A stretch of DNA of 16,000 nt from the NCBI RefSeq assembly GCF_014645375.1, contig NZ_BMLT01000011.1:109632-125631 (forward strand). The letters run 5' to 3'. Position numbers and translations under genes: made by a program. Origin of the DNA: Marinobacterium nitratireducens. Lineage in GTDB: Bacteria > Pseudomonadota > Gammaproteobacteria > Pseudomonadales > Balneatricaceae. Positions 13,233 to 16,000 of the stretch are shown piece by piece; the first letter of the stretch is position 1; each line of letters opens with the position of its first letter. The notes beneath the pieces were generated by a model that did not search any database, was not told where the DNA came from, and saw nothing but the letters and a program-made list of their open reading frames with translations.

Positions 13233-14297
13233 ATGGATCGACGAATCACCGTTCCCACCGGTTACGTGCGGCACCTGCTCGAGCAGGCCGACCGCCAGGG
13301 TCTGGACGTCGCGGAGCTGCTCGAGCAGGTGGGCATTGCTCCGGAACAGGTGGAGCAGCAGAGCGCCCTGTCGGCGGTCAAGTTCGGTGCTCTTTACCAG
13401 CGCATCATGTGGAGTGCCCAGGACGAATTCTTCGGCATGCTCAGTAACGGCAAGGTTCCGATCGGCACCTTCCGGCTGCTGTGTCACTGTCTGATTCACT
13501 GTCGTTCGCTGGAGCGGGCGCTGTGGCGCTGCGCCGATTTTCTCGATATCTGCCGCGGTACGCTGGTCAAGCCCATGCTGGTGCGCAAGGGGCGTTATGC
13601 CAAACTGTCGCTGGCACCGGTTGCCCAGGTCGATGAAGCCGAGTTCGACAGTCTGCTGGCGCGCGAGTCCACGACCAGCATCCGCACGTCGCTGTCGATG
13701 TGGCACCACTTTCTCAGCTGGCTGATCGGCAAGCGGCTCGAGCTGAAAGCGGTTTACCTGGCGTTTCCCGAGCCCGATGACGCCGACTACTACCGCACCC
13801 TGTTTCAGTCGGAAGTGAAGTTCGATCAGCACGAGAATGCCATCGTGTTTCCGCAGTACTTTCTCGACTATCCGCTGGTGCAGACCGAGGAGACCCTGCG
13901 CGCCTTTCTCAAGACCGCGCCTTACCAGCTGATCGTGATGGTGGACAACGATCACAGTCTCAAGTCTCAGGTCATCGCGATGATCGGCAAGGATTTCAGT
14001 CGCGAGCTGCCGGGTTCGGAAGAGGTGGCGCGGGCGCTCAACATGTCGGTTTCGACACTGCGCCGCCGTCTGTTGGACGAGGGCACGTCCTATCAGGCGA
14101 TCAAGGATGACTGTCGCAAGGCGGCGGCACTCAATTACATGAACTCGCCGCAGCTGGCGATCAACGACGTCGCGGCGCTGATGGGATTCGACGAGCCGTC
14201 GGCCTTTTTCCGCTCGTTCAAGAAGTGGACCGGCATGACACCGGGACAGTATCGCAAGAGCCCGAGCTACTTGCGGCTGTACGACAAGCGGCGCTGA
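13233..14297 (+). CDS. AraC-family transcriptional regulator with N-terminal AraC-type ligand-binding (Arabinose_bd-like) domain
   Basis: 354 aa. The C-terminal dual HTH reads LNMSVSTLRRRLLDEGTSYQAIKDD...INDVAALMGFDEPSAFFRSFKKWTGMTPGQYR. GAGG RBS lies 6 nt upstream. Confidence 0.9.
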   Translation: MDRRITVPTGYVRHLLEQADRQGLDVAELLEQVGIAPEQVEQQSALSAVKFGALYQRIMWSAQDEFFGMLSNGKVPIGTFRLLCHCLIHCRSLERALWRCADFLDICRGTLVKPMLVRKGRYAKLSLAPVAQVDEAEFDSLLARESTTSIRTSLSMWHHFLSWLIGKRLELKAVYLAFPEPDDADYYRTLFQSEVKFDQHENAIVFPQYFLDYPLVQTEETLRAFLKTAPYQLIVMVDNDHSLKSQVIAMIGKDFSRELPGSEEVARALNMSVSTLRRRLLDEGTSYQAIKDDCRKAAALNYMNSPQLAINDVAALMGFDEPSAFFRSFKKWTGMTPGQYRKSPSYLRLYDKRR

Positions 14298-14441
14298 GGA
14301 CGGTGGCGCTGGCGGGATCAGTCGTTCGTGCGGAAGGCGGCCTCCGGGTGTCTGCTGTCGAAGCTTTGCACAGTCTGGGGCGGTCGGTGGCGGCAAAATC
14401 AACTTTTAAGAAAAAATTATAAGAAACAGTCTCTTAGGTTG

Positions 14442-14469
14442 TTGACAGCGAAATTCATTCGGGTAATAT
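14442..14469 (+). promoter_or_regulatory. Sigma70 promoter of the tRNA operon (TTGACA-16 nt-TAATAT), AT-rich UP-like element upstream, GC-rich discriminator
   Basis: TTGACA 14442-14447 and TAATAT 14464-14469, followed by ACGCGCC. Upstream is AAAATCAACTTTTAAGAAAAAATTATAAGAAA. The first tRNA begins 16 nt after the -10. Confidence 0.65.
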
Positions 14470-14484
14470 ACGCGCCACTCCTTC

Positions 14485-14572
14485 GGAGGGATGGCTGAGT
14501 GGTCGAAAGCACCGGTCTTGAAAACCGGCGGGTCGAGAGGCTCCCAGGGTTCGAATCCCTGTCCCTCCGCCA
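14485..14572 (+). tRNA. tRNA-Ser (anticodon UGA), CCA encoded
   Basis: Acceptor GGAGGGA/TCCCTCC, anticodon arm CCGGT-CTTGAAA-ACCGG, long variable arm, T-arm CAGGGTTCGAATCCCTG. Close to my recollection of E. coli serT. Confidence 0.95.
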
Positions 14573-14597
14573 TCGCAAAAAGGAGTAATGCTGTCGT

Positions 14598-14673
14598 TCC
14601 CCGATAGCTCAGTTGGTAGAGCAGTAGACTGTTAATCTATTGGTCGCTGGTTCGAGTCCAGCTCGGGGAGCCA
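14598..14673 (+). tRNA. tRNA-Asn (anticodon GUU), CCA encoded
   Basis: Acceptor TCCCCGA/TCGGGGA, anticodon loop CTGTTAA, T-arm GCTGGTTCGAGTCCAGC. Confidence 0.95.
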
Positions 14674-14682
14674 CTAAAAGTT

Positions 14683-14758
14683 GGGTCGTTAGCTCAGTTG
14701 GTAGAGCAGTTGGCTTTTAACCAATTGGTCATAGGTTCGAGTCCTATACGACCCACCA
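14683..14758 (+). tRNA. tRNA-Lys (anticodon UUU), copy 1, CCA encoded
   Basis: GGGTCGTTAGCTCAGTTGGTAGAGCAGTTGGCTTTTAACCAATTGGTCATAGGTTCGAGTCCTATACGACCCACCA, nearly identical to my recollection of E. coli lysT. Confidence 0.95.
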
Positions 14759-14784
14759 CTTCTTCTCGGAAGTGGACCCAAAGT

Positions 14785-14860
14785 GGGTCGTTAGCTCAGT
14801 TGGTAGAGCAGTTGGCTTTTAACCAATTGGTCATAGGTTCGAGTCCTATACGACCCACCA
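14785..14860 (+). tRNA. tRNA-Lys (anticodon UUU), copy 2, identical to copy 1
   Basis: Exact repeat of 14683-14758 after a 26-nt spacer. Confidence 0.95.
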
Positions 14861-15214
14861 TCTTTTTCCCGGACATGCCGGGTCCCGATTCAAAAACGCA
14901 AACGGATTTCCTGTTTATCGGATCTGGTCTGTGCTGTCAGCCGCTGGCTGACCAGCGAGTCCGTCCCGTCTGGTCGAGTATCCCCTTCCTTTGGCCGGGC
15001 GGTCCGACGTCGTGATGCATTGCCGCCGGCGATGCATCGACTCCTGCCTCTGTGCCGTTTACAGTCACGCATACCACCTCACCCCGTTCGTCTCGGGGCG
15101 CGACTCCTACAGATTCATCAGTCCTTTCAGCGCCCATTCACGCCCAAACTTCGAGTATCTATACTGTGTCCGAACCGGACTGGCCGGGTGTGGGAACGAG
15201 AACGAGGACTGAAA

Positions 15215-16000
15215 ATGCGATTGATCGGGAGCAAGGGAATCTGTCTGGCGGCTTTGGTGGCCGCGCTCGCCGGGTGCAGCGCGGGCGTGCGGGATGGCGG
15301 CGGCGAAACCCTGGACGGCGAGGTTACCTATCGCGAGCGCGTCATGCTGCCGCCGGGCGCCGAGGTTCGGGTACGACTGGAGGATGTCAGTCGCGCAGAC
15401 GCCAAGGCCGAGCTGATCGCCGAGCAGATGATCGAGCCGAAGAAGCAGGTGCCGATCGCTTTCAGTCTGCTGTACGACCCGGCAGCCATCGAACCGCGTC
15501 ACCAGTATGCGGTCCGGGCCGAGATCCGTGCGGCCGACAACTCGCTGCTCTGGACCACCACTCAACGCTATGGCGTGTTCGGCGAAGGGCAGCCGAGCGA
15601 CGATCTGAGCCTGGTGCTGCAGCAGGTGCGCAGCGCGCCGCAACCGGCGGCGGTGCAGGCCGGCGGGGATCCCTGGGCGGCGGCGACCATGCGGGGCGTC
15701 GACTTTCGCGGCGTCGGTAACGAGCCCGGCTGGTCGATCGAGATCGACGACGGCAACAGCATCCAGCTGGTGACGGGGTACGGTGAGCGCACCATCAATA
15801 CGCCGGCGCCGGCGCCGCGGTTCGAAGCCGGTATCGTGCACTACGACGTTCGCACCGGCGCCCACGAATTCAAGATCGAGATCGAGCCTGTCGCATGCCG
15901 GGACAGCATGAGTGGGGAGGCATTCGAGGCGAAGGTGCGCGTCAGTCTCGGCGGCAGCCGCTATCAGGGCTGTGGCCGTTATCTCGAAACCACCCGCTAG
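15215..16000 (+). CDS. Lipoprotein with YbaY/YscW-like N-terminal domain and a C-terminal Cys-containing domain (COG3650-like)
   Basis: Start MRLIGSKGICLAALVAALAGCSAG (lipobox LAGC), with GAGGA RBS 6 nt upstream. YbaY-like segment: EVTYRERVMLPPGAEVRVRLEDVSRADA...AFSLLYD...HQYAVRAEI. C-terminal part: GNEPGWSIEID...ACRDSMSGEAF...GCG. The stop TAG is at 15998-16000. The track ORF start at 15020 was rejected. Confidence 0.8.
   Translation: MRLIGSKGICLAALVAALAGCSAGVRDGGGETLDGEVTYRERVMLPPGAEVRVRLEDVSRADAKAELIAEQMIEPKKQVPIAFSLLYDPAAIEPRHQYAVRAEIRAADNSLLWTTTQRYGVFGEGQPSDDLSLVLQQVRSAPQPAAVQAGGDPWAAATMRGVDFRGVGNEPGWSIEIDDGNSIQLVTGYGERTINTPAPAPRFEAGIVHYDVRTGAHEFKIEIEPVACRDSMSGEAFEAKVRVSLGGSRYQGCGRYLETTR

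Noticed and set aside
14861-15214. Genomic-island attachment site downstream of tRNA-Lys
   Set aside because: There is no convincing repeat of the tRNA 3' end (only a weak GGTCGAGTATCC resemblance at about 14968). There is no integrase gene, and the next gene is an ordinary lipoprotein.

Overview
High-GC bacterial chromosomal segment; metA, luxS and E. coli-like tRNA-Lys suggest a gammaproteobacterium (inference). The layout, left to right, is as follows. (1) A minus-strand Lon-like S16 protease runs off the left edge, so it has no stop in the window and is missing from the ORF track. (2) A tightly overlapping five-gene minus-strand operon encodes a thermostable-hemolysin-family (GNAT-like) protein, an adenylate-forming acyl ligase, a heme-oxygenase-like diiron enzyme, an SDR and a secreted TPR protein. 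It looks like an uncharacterised small-molecule pathway, and a PACE-family efflux gene is transcribed divergently from it. (3) A 530-bp intergenic region holds two clusters of consensus DnaA boxes upstream of metA. (4) Downstream of metA, the last 47 nt of the gene (stop included) occur three times, separated by copies of a ~190-bp palindromic element with 15-bp perfect terminal inverted repeats. (5) Then come a convergent CvfB/YitL-type S1 RNA-binding gene, luxS with a clean intrinsic terminator, a cytochrome b562 plus membrane cytochrome b pair, and a spermidine-synthase-like methyltransferase. (6) A 526-bp intergenic region contains an orphan plus-strand intrinsic terminator (sRNA candidate), followed by an AraC-family regulator. 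(7) A tRNA operon (Ser-UGA, Asn-GUU, Lys-UUU x2) has a near-consensus promoter, followed by a YbaY-like lipoprotein gene. The most unusual signals are the metA-tail and palindromic-element array, the DnaA-box clusters and the orphan biosynthetic operon. Every functional call comes from reading the translations and motifs by eye; no database search was possible.
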